Below the pieces are notes generated by a model. That model was not told where the DNA came from. It saw nothing but the letters and a program-made list of their open reading frames with translations, and did no database searches. Made by a program: the position numbers and the translations under genes. From NCBI GenBank assembly GCA_038087875.1, contig CM075988.1, forward strand, positions 25,484,001 to 25,548,000: a DNA stretch of 64,000 bases. The letters run 5' to 3'. Shown in pieces: positions 10,753 to 22,767 of the stretch. This DNA comes from Malacoraja senta (Eukaryota). How positions within the stretch are numbered: the first letter of the stretch is position 1; each line of letters starts with the position of its first letter.

Positions 10753-13149
10753 TTGTACTGGTACTGAGGAGAGATGCTCCCTCCTAGCCCACCTGTGGAC
10801 ATACAATGACTTCAATCAGTCCCTTAACCTGCCTCTGGATTCTGAAAACACAGTGAATTAAACACAGTGAATGCTGGAGTAACTCAGTGGGAAAGGCAGC
10901 GAGAGAAGGAATGGGTGACGTTTCGGGTCCAGACCCTTCTTCAGACTGAACCCAATGATTGGAGAGGGAAATGTGAACTCTCACACAGAGGCAGGAAACA
11001 TGTTCCCGATGTTGGGGGAGTCCAGAACCAGGGGCCACAGTTTAAGAATAATGGGTCGGCCATTTAGAACTGAGATAAGGAAAAACCAAGAGAGTTGTGA
11101 ATTTGTGGAATTCTCTGCCTCAGAAGGCAGTGGAGGCCGATTCACTGGATGCATTCACTGGATGCATTCAAGAGAGTTAGATAGGGCTCTTGGGGCTAAC
11201 AGAATCAAGGGTTATGGGGAGAAGGCAGGAATGTGGATGATCAGCCATGATCTCATTGAATGGCGGTGCTGGCTCGAAGGGCCGAATGGCCTACTTCTGC
11301 ACCTATTGTCAAGGCATATATGTATGTATCTGACCTAATCCGTAGGTTCTTGCCCAATCACCGGCGTTTTCTATGTTATTTTTGGATTTCCAAGAAGAGT
11401 GGAACATTTTTTTCGCCTTCCATCACAATGAGGAATGTGGAGCAATCACTGTGGTGGATGTTCATGTTAAAATGTATTTTGTGCGTTCTGTTGCTTTTTA
11501 TTGGTATGACTGTATGGCAAATCAAATTCATCTTATGTGGCAAAACATACTTGGCGAATAAAGTGCGATTCTGATTCTGATTTCCAGCGTAATGTTCCCC
11601 GGTCTGCAATTCAATTAGACCTGCCCAGCAGATGGCAGTGAAGCTCGTTGGCAGAGGGCGACCACTGAAGCGGTGCGGGGGTGGATTCTTGTTTACAATG
11701 GGCAGATTCTTGCAATAAATAGATTGCTTTAAGACGCGGTGCCTTCAGTGACGAGGGGACAGCCGCCTGTTAGATCCTCAGAGGTAGGTAACTTTAACTT
11801 GACACGCGATCATTTTGACTTCCAAATAGCAGCGGTTTTTAAAAATTCTTCTAAAGAACAGAATGTGGTTGTTTTCTTGCTTCTCAAGGGAATGAATTGG
11901 AAAACAGAGACGTGTTAAACTTGTGATAGATACAAAATGCTGGAGTAACCCAGCGGGTCGGGCAGCATCTCTGGGGGGGAAGTGAATAGGTGAGGTTTCG
12001 GGTCGAGACCCTTCTTCAGTCTGAAGCAGTCCATTCCTTCCCTCCAGAGATGCTGCCTGCCTGACCCGCTGAGTTACTCCAGCATTGTGTGTCTATCTTT
12101 GCTGCCAGTCATTAGTTAGCCCACACGTGGATTGCAGACACGTTTGTGTACTGTGGACAGGTCCGCTCCGTTAGAGGGAGCGGCTGGCTGGACTTGCCCA
12201 CTGCTGTGGGCATCTTCTGCCGGGTGGGAACTCTGTTGGAGGCGATGCCTGGCTATTTGAGGTAGGAACTGCTTATTGTATGGCGACATGGATTACAGCA
12301 TGGATACAGAGCGAGCAAAGCAAACGTTGCAAGAATAGCCACCTTGAATGTTGCGGAGGATGTGTGGTGATTTAATCAAAGACGTGATTGTAGAACATGC
12401 TGAGACTTGTATTGGCGTGGGTTCTCAAACCTTAATGGGTGATGGTGGTTCTGACTCGTTAACTGAAGAACAGGTTGATGAAAGACACAACGTGTTGGAG
12501 TACCACAGCGGGCCAGGCAGGGTCTCTGGAGAAACGGAATAGGTGGCGTTTTTGGGTGGAGAACCAAAAGTCTTCAGTTCATCTTTTGTGTCCAACTTTG
12601 CTTTAAACCAGCATCTGCAGTTCCCTCCGATGCTGAATTGGGTGAATGGTTTTTGGAAACAAACTCCAACATGTGGTAACAGTTCAAGGTGCAACTTGTA
12701 TCCCAGCGCACATTTCAGGACTACACTGGGATGTTTGCAAGATATCTGAATAACGAATGGGAAAACAATGCCATTCTGTGACATGCATCGACTGTCCACT
12801 TTAACAAAGAGGTATTGATTCAGCTCTCCAGCATCTTCTGAGATAATTATAACATTTACATCAGACACAAAAAGCTGGAGTAACTCAGTGGGACAGGCAG
12901 CGTCTCTGGAGAAATGGAATAAGTGACATTTCGGGTCAAGTCCCTTCTTCAGACTGAGAGTCAGGGGAAAATAAAAAACACCATGCATTAGGATTAGGGT
13001 AGCCCGAACCCTAATTCTCCAGCTGCAGGTAAACTGCACTCTCATGCTAGTGTCGCTTTCTCCTGCCTTGTTGATGGGCAGTACTTATGCTCCTTGTCTT
13101 CTGATCACCGGATCTACTGTGCTTTCTTGTACCTTACTGTACCCAGCTC

Positions 13150-13360
13150 TGCTTTGAAAACTGCAAAACCTCCACCTCCCCATCCAGATCTGAGGATTGG
13201 GTTGGACTGCATCCAATGTGACCTCCTTTACATTGGTGAGACCTAGCGTAGACTCGGCGACTGTTTTACTAAACACTTGCGCTCACTCTGCCAAGACCTA
13301 CTGGATCTCCGAATTGCTAGTAATTTTAACTCCCTTTTACCCATTCCTCTACTGACCCAG
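13150..13360 (+). mobile_element. Degenerate Penelope-like GIY-YIG fragment
   Basis: ctcctttacattggtgagacctagcgtagactcggcgactgtttt is homologous to the GIY-YIG portion at 55520-55570. Confidence 0.7.
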
Positions 13361-14329
13361 GTTATTGAGGGATGCCGCCTGGAACGCTAAGTTACTCCAG
13401 CACTTTGTGTCTTTTTTTTGTGTCCTGCGGAATGGTCAGTGACCAGAAACATTGACTGGATTCTCTTTCCGCAGATGCTGGTTAACTGGTTGAGTTCTTC
13501 CGGCATTTCTGTTTTTTTAATTTTTAGCTCGGGATCAAAACCTAAGGCTAGAAATTCCACCTTCATTTGCTTCACGATTGCAGATAGCAGACTGTAATCA
13601 CAGACACTATTGGGCGGGTCTGTCCAAGTTCCTGTTTTGCATCCTCCATGTTATGCAATAATACACCTGGAAGCCATTATATGTACAGTCACACCTAGAT
13701 TATACACATCTTGGCATTGTGGTAGTCACAGAGCAGGGGCGGAAAACCCGGGGGGGGAGGGGGCAGAAGGGACAGGTCCCCTCCATGTTTTGATAGCGAG
13801 TTCCGCTCTTGTCACAAAGAGCTGGAGTAACTCAGCGGGTCAGGCAGCATCTCTGGAGGAAAGGAGTGGGTGATGTTTTGGGTCGGGACCCTTCTTCATA
13901 CCACAGATCAGTTTGTTTGGCATCATGAATCGTGTGAATATGACCTTGGGGCATGCTCACCAAATTATTAGAGGGCTAGGGCCTGAATCATCACTTTCAT
14001 TAAATGGAGCCCAAATTTATTGGGACAAAGTGCAATGTACCTGACCGTTCCCAGATAAGCTCTGACAAGAACTTTGTCTTCGTAATCACTGCTGACCAGT
14101 CTCTGGGACCTGTTTAAGAAGGAACTGCAGATGCTGGAAAAATCGAAGGTAGACAAAAATGTTGGAGAAACTCAGCGGGTGAGGCAGCATCTATGGAGCG
14201 AAGGAATAGGTGACCTTTTTCGGGCCGAGACCCTTCTTCGGTCTCTGGGACCCGATAAACCTCATAAAAAGAAGTGGCGAGTGTGATGACTGAGGGTTTA
14301 ATTTTCCAAGATTCCCTGGATTTAAAAGG

Positions 14330-15950
14330 TTCCATTAGATTGGTACATAGCAAATGTCCTTTCTTCGTTCGAACATGGAGGGGAGAGAGGAAGGATGCAT
14401 CTGCTAACCACTTAATCTGTCACAGGGACAGGTTAGGGGCTATTATTAATGACGTTGAAGCAGAGCGTGAAGAAAAAATTCCAGGCCATTGGGTTTTTTT
14501 GAGAAGGAAATCATGTCTGATCAGTGGTAATGTGTAAGCCTGGGAGGAATGGGCAACAGGAAATTAACAGCAGGTATAAATGGGTCTTTTTTCTAGTTGG
14601 TGAGATTCAGGTAGTAGTGTACCGCAGGGCATGTTGTTGTGACCACAATGCTGCACAATGCACGTAAGTGTCTTGACCACACGCACAAAAGGGACGTATG
14701 TTCAATTTGTTGATGGCACAAGGACAAGAAATAAAGTAGGTTGTGAGGGAGTTACAAGTGGATTTGGATAGATTAAGTGTGGGGGGGGGGGGGGGGGGAA
14801 GGATGGCAAATGGCATGTAATAATATGGAAAGATTACCATTTTGGCAAGAAAATGTGAAAAGGAAATATATTTTCTAAATGGTGAGAGGTTGTAGATGTC
14901 TGAGAGAGAGGAATATTTGGTGCAAAGGAAGAAAGGCCAGGGGCTGGTACAATAAGTAATTAGGAAATCTAATAGATTTTGTTGTTTACTTTGAGGGAAC
15001 TTGGAACAAAGTTAGGGAACATGCTTCAGTTATAGTGGGCATTGGTGAGACCATATCTGGAGGATTGTGTACTGTAGATAGATGCAAAATGCTGAAGTAA
15101 CTCAGCGGGACAGGCAGCATCTCTGGAGAGAAGGAATGGGTGACGTTTTGGGTCGAGACCCTTCTTCAGATTGTGTACTGTGTATTGATCTCTTTATTCA
15201 GGGAGTTATGTTATGGTACTGCCATCTGTCTGGGGAACATTTGCCAGACTAATATCTGGATTGGTTAGGTTGTCCTATGAAGTAAGGTTGGACAAGCACC
15301 TTGTCCATTGGAGAGTGAGAGGTGACTTGATTTACAGAGATGACATCCTGAGGAACTCTGCCAGGGTAGATGCGAAGAAGATGTTTCCGTTTGTGGGAGA
15401 ATCAATAACTAGGGATTGCTGCATAGAAAAGACATCAGTTGAATAGACAATAGACAATAGGTGCAGGAGTAGGCCATTCGGCCCTTCGAGCCAGCACCGC
15501 CATTCAATGTGATCATGGCTGATCATCCCCAATCAGTACCCCGTTCCTGCCTTCTCCCCATATCCCCTGACTCCGCAATTTTTAAGAGCCCAATCCAGCT
15601 CTCTCTTGAAAGTATCCAGAGAACCCGCCTCCACCACCCTCTGAGGCAGAGAATTCCACAGACTCACAACTCTCTGTGAGAAAAGGTGTTTCCTCGTCTC
15701 CGTTCTAAATGGCTTGCCCCTTATTCTTAAACTGTGGCCCCTGGTTCTGAAGACAGGGATGAGGCAACATTCATTTCTCAGTGGGCAGTAAGCCTTTGGA
15801 TTTCTGTTCCTAAAAGGAATCAGAATCTTTAAATATTTTTTTGGTATAGATACTTAGCTAGCAAAAGATCACCAGGTCCCATGGGAAGTGGAGCTGAGAT
15901 GGCGGTGGCAATCTTATTGAGGATTGAGGGGCCATGTGACCTATTTCTGA
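14330..15950 (+). mobile_element. Old degenerate CR1 RT region with nested younger inserts (Penelope-type unit 15076-15168; inverted CR1 3' end about 15440-15750)
   Basis: Decayed CR1 ORF2 motifs (ggcattggtgagaccatatctggag, gagaggtgacttgat) interrupted by the inserts. Confidence 0.7.
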
Positions 15951-17877
15951 TTCAAATCTGTGCGTTCATATGATTTTTTTTTTACCCTTTCTACTCTTTG
16001 CACGCACAACCCTCTCAGCTCCATGTCGCCTCCCCCACCATGACCCTCTATATCATCTCCTGCAATTCTCTAACCCCCATCCCCCATTTGAGCTCTATAA
16101 AGACATCTTTGTGTGGTTTTAAGGTACGTGGATAGGACAGGTTTGGAGGGGTATGGGACTAGTGTAGCTGGCACATGTTGGCCGGTGTGGGCAAGTTGGA
16201 TGGAGGGCCTGTTTCCATGCTGTATCACTCTGTAACTCTATGAGTGTGCAACGCCTAACAGAGTTTGTCCGTGTGTGGTGTAGAATATCACTTTTACCAA
16301 TCATGTACATTTGGGCAAAGTCATCGTCACTTCAGTAAGAATTGCAGGTTCGAGCTCCACCAATATCACTCGTAAATACTAGGCTGACATTGAAAGCACA
16401 TTTTCCAATTACAGAGGCAGCAAGTTCTTGCCTTCTCAGAGTTTGATGCCGTGCGTACTTTTGCTAGTTGTTTTGACTATTCAAACCATTTATTAAGACA
16501 ATTGTATACACAGTTCTCAATGTGTTGCTATTCCTGGCAAACACTGCAAGAGAATCTGTGGCTTGTGAATATAATAGCAGCTGTTCCTGTCGGGAATTTC
16601 AGGCTGACCCTAACTATTGCTTCAATACATCTAGAAATGTCTAGCTCCATGTTTCTGGGACCTGTGAGTCTCCAGTCTGTGTCTTTTTCCCTTTGGCTTT
16701 TCTGTTCTTTTACACCTTTACCATCAGAAGTTTATAAGTTCAGAAGTTTATGTGGAAGAGCATAAGAATGAAAGGAGCAGAATTAGGCCATTTGGCCCAT
16801 TGTCTACACCATTCAATCATGGCTGATCTATCTTCCCCCTTAACCCCATTCTCCTGCCTTCTCCCCATAACCCCTGACACCCGTACTAATCAAGAATCTA
16901 TCTATCTCCAAAGATATCCATTGACTTGTCCTCCACAGCCGTCTGTGGCTATGAATTCCACAGATTCACCACCCTCTGGCTAAAGAAATTCCTCCTCATC
17001 TCCTTCCTCACGTGCTTTAATTCTGAGGCTATGACCTCTGGTCCTAGGCTCACCCCACTAGTGGAAACATCCTCTCCACATCCACTCTATCCAGGAAGTT
17101 TGACTGGTCCGGCCGACAACATGGGCATCTCACCTGTTGCTATTGGTATCGGTTAATTGTTGACACTTGCACCGAGATACAATGAAAGACTTTGTTTTGC
17201 GTGTTCCAGAACCAGGGGCCACAGTTTAAGAATAAGGAGTAAGCCATTTAGAACGGAGACGAGGAAACACTTTTTCTCACAGAGATTGGTGAGTCTGTGG
17301 AATTCTCTGCCTCAGAGGGCGGTGGAGGCAGGTTCTCTGGATGCTTTCAAGAGAGAGCTAGATAGGGCTCTTAAAGATGGCGGAGTCAGGGGATATGGGG
17401 AGAAGGCAGGGTACTGATTGGGGATGATCAGCCATGATCACATTGAATGGCGGTGCTGGCTCGAAGGGCCGAATGGCCTACTCCTGCACCTATTGTCTAT
17501 TGTCTATTGTGTTGTCTTCCAATGTAACTTGGTCTACTCACTGTTATAATAATACCCTCAAGCATTGAGATTAGAGGATTGAAATATCACTCGAAGGTCG
17601 GCGAGGTCAAGGAATTAAATCTGTCAATCAAGTACTTAAAGAGAAGAGGTGGGGGGTTGGGGGGGGTCCATTGATTGAGAGATAGCGATCAAAGAGGAAG
17701 AAAGGTTAAAAAAAAGGCGACAAAAAACAAAATCTGACATTTTTAAAAGGCCACCAAAATATTAGTTCATTATATATGCAAAAAACAATTCGCACATACA
17801 ATTTAACTTTCTTCAAGAGATGTTTTTGAAAGTTAGGGATCTGGCATCAGTAGTGAGCCAGCATTTATTGAGTATTT

Positions 17878-18660
17878 TAGAATAGAATAGAATGCCTTTT
17901 ATTGTCATTCAAACAACTTGGTTTGAACGAAATTGCATTTTCTAGTTATTACATTACAAAAAAAAACCAAGACACACACTTAACACAGTTTACATAAACA
18001 TCCATCACAGTGAATCTCCAACACCTCCTCACTGTGATGGAAGGCAGAGTGTTATCTGTTCCCTTTGTTCTTCTCCCGCGGTCTAGCAGTCCAACTGCAG
18101 CGTCTAGGCGAACTGGGGCTCCGGTGTTAAAGCCCCCGGCGGGCGATGGTAAGTCCTGTGGCCATTAAAGCCGCGAGGGGCGATGTTAGGCCCCGCTCCG
18201 TGTCCTTTAAACCCCGCGATTCCAGCGGGAATAGTTGCCGTTGCGGGAGCTCCGAAAAGCGGTCTCCCACCAGGGACCTGCGAGCTCCCGATGTTCCTGT
18301 CCACCGGGCCTGCGGCCGGAGCCTCCAAAGCTCCAGAGTCGGGTCGCAGCCGTGCGCCACCACAGCTTTTCCCGCTCCGAAGCCGGCCAGCTCCGCGATG
18401 TCAGGTCTGCAGGCTCCGCGACTGGAGCCCCCAGGTTGGTTCCGGCCGGAGGCCACCGCCGGCTCCACGATGTTATGCCCAGACAGGGAAAAAGTCGAGG
18501 TCCCCGTACACGGAAGAGATTAACGGTTTCCCCACAGCCCCCACTTATACACAGCTAAAAAAATAATAAAAAACTAGGCTCAAGACATACATTTAACAAG
18601 ACAAAAATTAACAAAAAGACAGACGACTGTAGTCGAGCCGCTGCCGTTAGGCACCGCCAC
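17878..18660 (-). mobile_element. CpG-rich non-autonomous retroposon just upstream of the IL18 first coding exon
   Basis: Minus-strand end gaatgacaataaa...(attct)n, GC-rich core 18075-18540. The tail is shared with short copies at about 11400-11580 and 31065-31230. Confidence 0.7.
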
Positions 18661-18723
18661 ACATTTTCTGTTTTAATTGGGTAAATAAAATTAAGCCATG
18701 CTTAAACATATCCTTTCATAACC

Positions 18724-18817
18724 ATGTACTATTCTTCTGTCTTTTATCTTGCAAGAATCAGCAACAATGCAGAAAATGAGGCCAGTTGCGTTCATGGATG
18801 GTGTCTTGTGGTTGAAG
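18724..18817 (+). CDS. IL18: IL18-like first coding exon (propeptide); start codon and frame uncertain
   Basis: Polypyrimidine tract and AG at 18754-18755; strong donor AAG|GTAAGC at 18817/18818. ATG 18767 gives MQKMRPVAFMDGVLWLK (resembles IL-18 propeptide MKFIDNTLYF) but ends in phase 0. ATG 18724 gives MYYSSVFYLARISNNAENEASCVHGWCLVVE and ends in phase 1, as the downstream exons require. Confidence 0.6.
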
Positions 18818-19159
18818 GTAAGCTCAATATAATCATTCATAATTAGTTACTGGAGCCAGTGAACAGGTTTGTGGGTGAAAGTGTGGGAAGGTCACGCTCG
18901 ATCTGATTCAGCCTGAATGCCCATGTACATCAACGGCACTCTGGGCTGCACTAGGAAGTGAAGTGTCAAGAGTGTTTTATAGTCATATGTCCCAGATAGG
19001 ACAATGAAATTCTTGAAATGAAATGAGAGCAAAGATTCAGCCAAGGATTCAAGTCTTGATATCATTTCTGGGAGATTTTGGCAAATGGAGCATATTCCAA
19101 AGCATGAAAGCTCACTGAATACTTTTCAAGCATGGTTATTTTTCTTTTGGTGGAATCAC

Positions 19160-19425
19160 AACTGCAGAGGTAGAACTCCGGTTCGATCCTGACCTCGGGT
19201 GCTGTCTGTATAGAGTTTGCACATTCTCCTCGTGACCGCATAGGTTTTCTCTGGGAGCTCCGGTTTCCTCCCACATTCCAAAGACGTACAGGTTTGCAGG
19301 TTAATTGGCTTTGGTAATGAATTGTAAAATATCCCTATTGTGTAGGATAGTGCTAATGTACGGGATGATTGCTGGTCGGCATGGACACGATGGGCCTGTT
19401 TCCCCCATTGTATCACTAAACTACA
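19160..19425 (+). mobile_element. V-SINE (HE1-like), 5' truncated
   Basis: B box, V-domain and tail present. Confidence 0.8.
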
Positions 19426-19573
19426 CTAATAAACACCAGCATAACCATGTGGAGCAGCCTGTTTTTGTACCATATCTTAATGTGTTAGTCTGACATGTCC
19501 TAGTGAAGTGAACCACATTATTATCATGCTTATTATTACCAATTAATTTAATGATCAAACATTTCACGCAGTA

Positions 19574-19720
19574 TCCTCTTCTTCTTCTTGCGTATGGCGT
19601 GCACAGCCTAAAAGTTGCAGGACAACTTGTTCTATTTGATCTTATTTGATTGTGCACGCCAGGTTGATTGCATTCGTCGAAACAGGGCTGACCACGTGAA
19701 GGTTGCAATCTTCCCACACC
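19574..19720 (-). mobile_element. Short retroposon with (AAG)n tail, possibly Vingi/ingi-related
   Basis: Target duplication cacgcagta at 19565-19573 and 19721-19729; minus-strand end ccatacgcaagaagaagaag. Confidence 0.65.
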
Positions 19721-21066
19721 CACGCAGTACCTAATCACAGGCCTTTCGAAAATCTAAATGCACACATGCCATGGACGTTTTCAGAGTTGCAGTATTTCCA
19801 CATAACCTCGGCATGAACTGTGAACTTTCTGACTTGGAGCACAAGATCGTGGTTCGAAAGCCAAGTTGAGATATTTGCTAAAGTCAGGCAAGAAATCTGG
19901 TCTGAGCAATTAACTGAGCGTTATCTCAATGCAATGTTTGTTTTTTGAACGGAAGGATTTTGATTGCCTTTTTAAAAATTTACACAGGATGTGAACTTAA
20001 CTGGCTGACAAAGGGGAAACAATTCAAATTTTCTGTGGACTACACTGACTCCAAATAGGTTGATGTCAGATCAGTTGTTAAACGTGCACAGAGTACAGCC
20101 ACCCACAGATACAAACTGTTTCATGAGGTAGAGAGGGACAGAGAGGAGGAGCCGTTGGCATTGTATAGGTAGCTTCCTTTTATACCGATTCTCTAATTTA
20201 CCAATGTACTGTACCAACCTGGACACCACAGGAGATCCTTTTTCCTTGTGGCTATCAAACTGTACAACTCCTCCCCCCTTCTGTCGTGGGGTAGGCTGAC
20301 CCACCCCCAGCAGCAATCCCCAATCCTGGACTTTCCACTCGTCACTTTAATTTCCTGTATCTTGTTGTGTTTTATGACTGTTGGCAGACCAATTTCCCTC
20401 CTGGGATAAATAAAGTTCTATCCTATCGTTGTCTAGGTGAGGTGAAATTGGCTAAGATTCACAACCCAGAGAATCTCATCAGCTAGAGAGTGGTCCTGAC
20501 CTCCCATCTACCTCATTGAGACCTTTGAACTTCTTTGATTCGACTTTATGTTCAATGTTATATCTAGCAACAAATTGTCATACCCTTTATCCTTTATTTT
20601 TAGGTGTATTCATGAATAGTCTTTACTTTCACTGGATAGCTATTAAATGAAAGCTTTTCACTGTACCTCGGTACACATGACAAAAATAAACGAAACTGAA
20701 ATCGACTCTTTTTATAAGCTTATTCATATTAAGTAAATATTAAAACTAATATATTATGTGTAGTGCTTTCGATGACTAGATATTAGGAAACAATACTTCT
20801 ATAAATTTACTTCTATTTATTTTTTACTGCACACTGAAATGGACACACTGGTTGAGGAACGTTTTTTTTGTTTCCTCTGGGTATGCGAATACTCAGGAAA
20901 TGACAATAAAGATATACAATACAATACAATACAATACAATACAAACAACAACTATTGTGTGCTGACTTCACCTGTGTGCTATGATTTTGCACAACTTCAT
21001 TCTTAATCGTTTGGTTAATGTTTTGTTAATTCTTTCTCTCTCCTTTCCCTTACATCAAACATCTAG

Positions 21067-21078
21067 AAGTACCAGAAG
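21067..21078 (+). CDS. IL18: IL18-like 12-nt microexon, (E)VPE(D)
   Basis: tctttctctctcctttccct...ctag|AAGTACCAGAAG|gtaaga. 12 nt, phase 1-1, acidic; same size and position as the recalled mammalian IL18 12-nt exon. Confidence 0.8.
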
Positions 21079-21489
21079 GTAAGATATGAAATATTTCAGA
21101 TATTCAAATCTTAATGAGAATCTATTCATTAATCCATCCCATAACATTGCTCAGAAATATAATTTCCACATCCCTATTTAAAGTTTATTTTTAGTACTAT
21201 TTCACTGTCGTCGCTGAGCCTTTAAATTTATTCTAATTGTTTGGAAATAAATTCCATTTTTACATTGGTTTTACCTACCTTGAGATGTCTCAAATCTCTT
21301 CACATTAAACCTGAAGCAAAATTAGGGGTTAACATGGAGGAGGCACAGCAGCCAGATGGACCTCTGAGAGCTCCCGCAGACAACATTGTGGGTATAAATG
21401 GCCAGATACTCTTTGATAACATGTATCCAGGTCAGGTATAAATGTTGATCAAATAAAATGGACAGACATCTGGACGAAACAGAAGAAGA

Positions 21490-22018
21490 CACAGAGGGCT
21501 GGAGTAACTCAGCGGGTCAGGCAGCATCTGTGGAGAACATGGATAGGTGACGTTTCACAGAGTGCTGGAGTAACTCAGCGGGTCAGGCAGCATCTGTGGA
21601 GAACATGGATAGGTGACGTTTCACAGAGTGCTGGAGTAACTCAGCGGGTCAGAGCATTTGTAGAGAACATGGATAGGTGACGTTTCACAAAGTGCTGGAG
21701 TAACTCAGCGGGTCAGGCAGCATCTGTAGAGAACATGGATAGGTGACGTTTCACAAAGTGCTGGAGTAACTCAGCGGGTCAGGCAGCATCTGTGGAGAAC
21801 ATGATAGGTGACGTTTCACAGAGTGCTATCGGAGTAACTCAGCGGGTCAGGCAGCATCTGTGGAGAACATGCATAGGTAACGTTTCACAAAGTGCTGGAG
21901 TAACTCAGCGGGTCAGGCAGCATCTGTGGAGACTGGATAGGTGACGTTTCACAAAGTGCTGGAGTAACTCAGCGGGTCAGCAGCATTTGTTAGAGGACAT
22001 GGAAAGGCGATGTTTTGG
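21490..22018. repeat. 66-bp tandem array (about 8 copies) derived from the Penelope-type terminal repeat
   Basis: Unit gagtgctggagtaactcagcgggtcaggcagcatctgtggagaacatggataggtgacgtttcaca, head-to-tail with no spacers. Confidence 0.95.
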
Positions 22019-22767
22019 GAGGTGTGGGAGGTGGGGCTGGATGTAAAATATAACATGTTTCATATATGAAGTTCTGGAGAGATGTCCATGAAATACACTA
22101 TCTAAAACAATAAACAATTATCAATGGTTTCCATGATTGGAAGGTGAGAATAATGGAGAAATAATAAAATATTATTTTTAGTGCAGTTACTAGTTGATTT
22201 CGATGAACATTCGGAGAATGATGGGCAAATCCATTGTTTTGTTTGAGATAGAATACAACGGGACCTCTGTGACCTACAACTTAAAGCTTCTGTGAACTGA
22301 CGAGAATATCAGCAGGAAAGATGGAAAGACAAGAGGAGAGATATCTTTGGGAAACTGAGTTAGATTTGAAATAAGACAATTAGATGGTGGAGGATGAGGA
22401 TGGTGTAAGAGTTGGAGAGATGTCAAGCCACACGGTTTACAGTTGCTGAGGTAGCCAACTCTAGTTGGGCATATTCCCAGGGGTTTCATGGTGTGCCCTG
22501 CTGTCCTCTCCTCTTGATCCCATCATTGCCCTTTGGGCCTATTATCAGTCGATTGCTCTTCATACCTGACCTGATAATTGTCAGCTGGCAGTCATTTATT
22601 TTATTACTAAAACAAAATCTTCAATTACTTTAAAAACCCAACTCAGTTCTGTTTAATGCGCCTTGTTTTCCCGCTGTCCTGTGTGCCACTGCAGAGAAGT
22701 CCTATTGATCAATGTTTACTACCTAGAGATGCAAGTGCAATCAAGACGTTCAATGTGTCGCCTGTGG

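Noticed and set aside
18104..18566. Overlapping GC-rich ORFs on both strands (also 39813-40295 and 56285-56829)
   Set aside because: They lie inside CpG-rich mobile elements, stop-codon scarcity is explained by GC content, and I recognise no domain.
21490..22018. CRISPR-like appearance of the 66-bp array (and of the 21-bp array at 3171-3317)
   Set aside because: Contiguous repeats with no unique spacers, no cas genes, and a vertebrate context.
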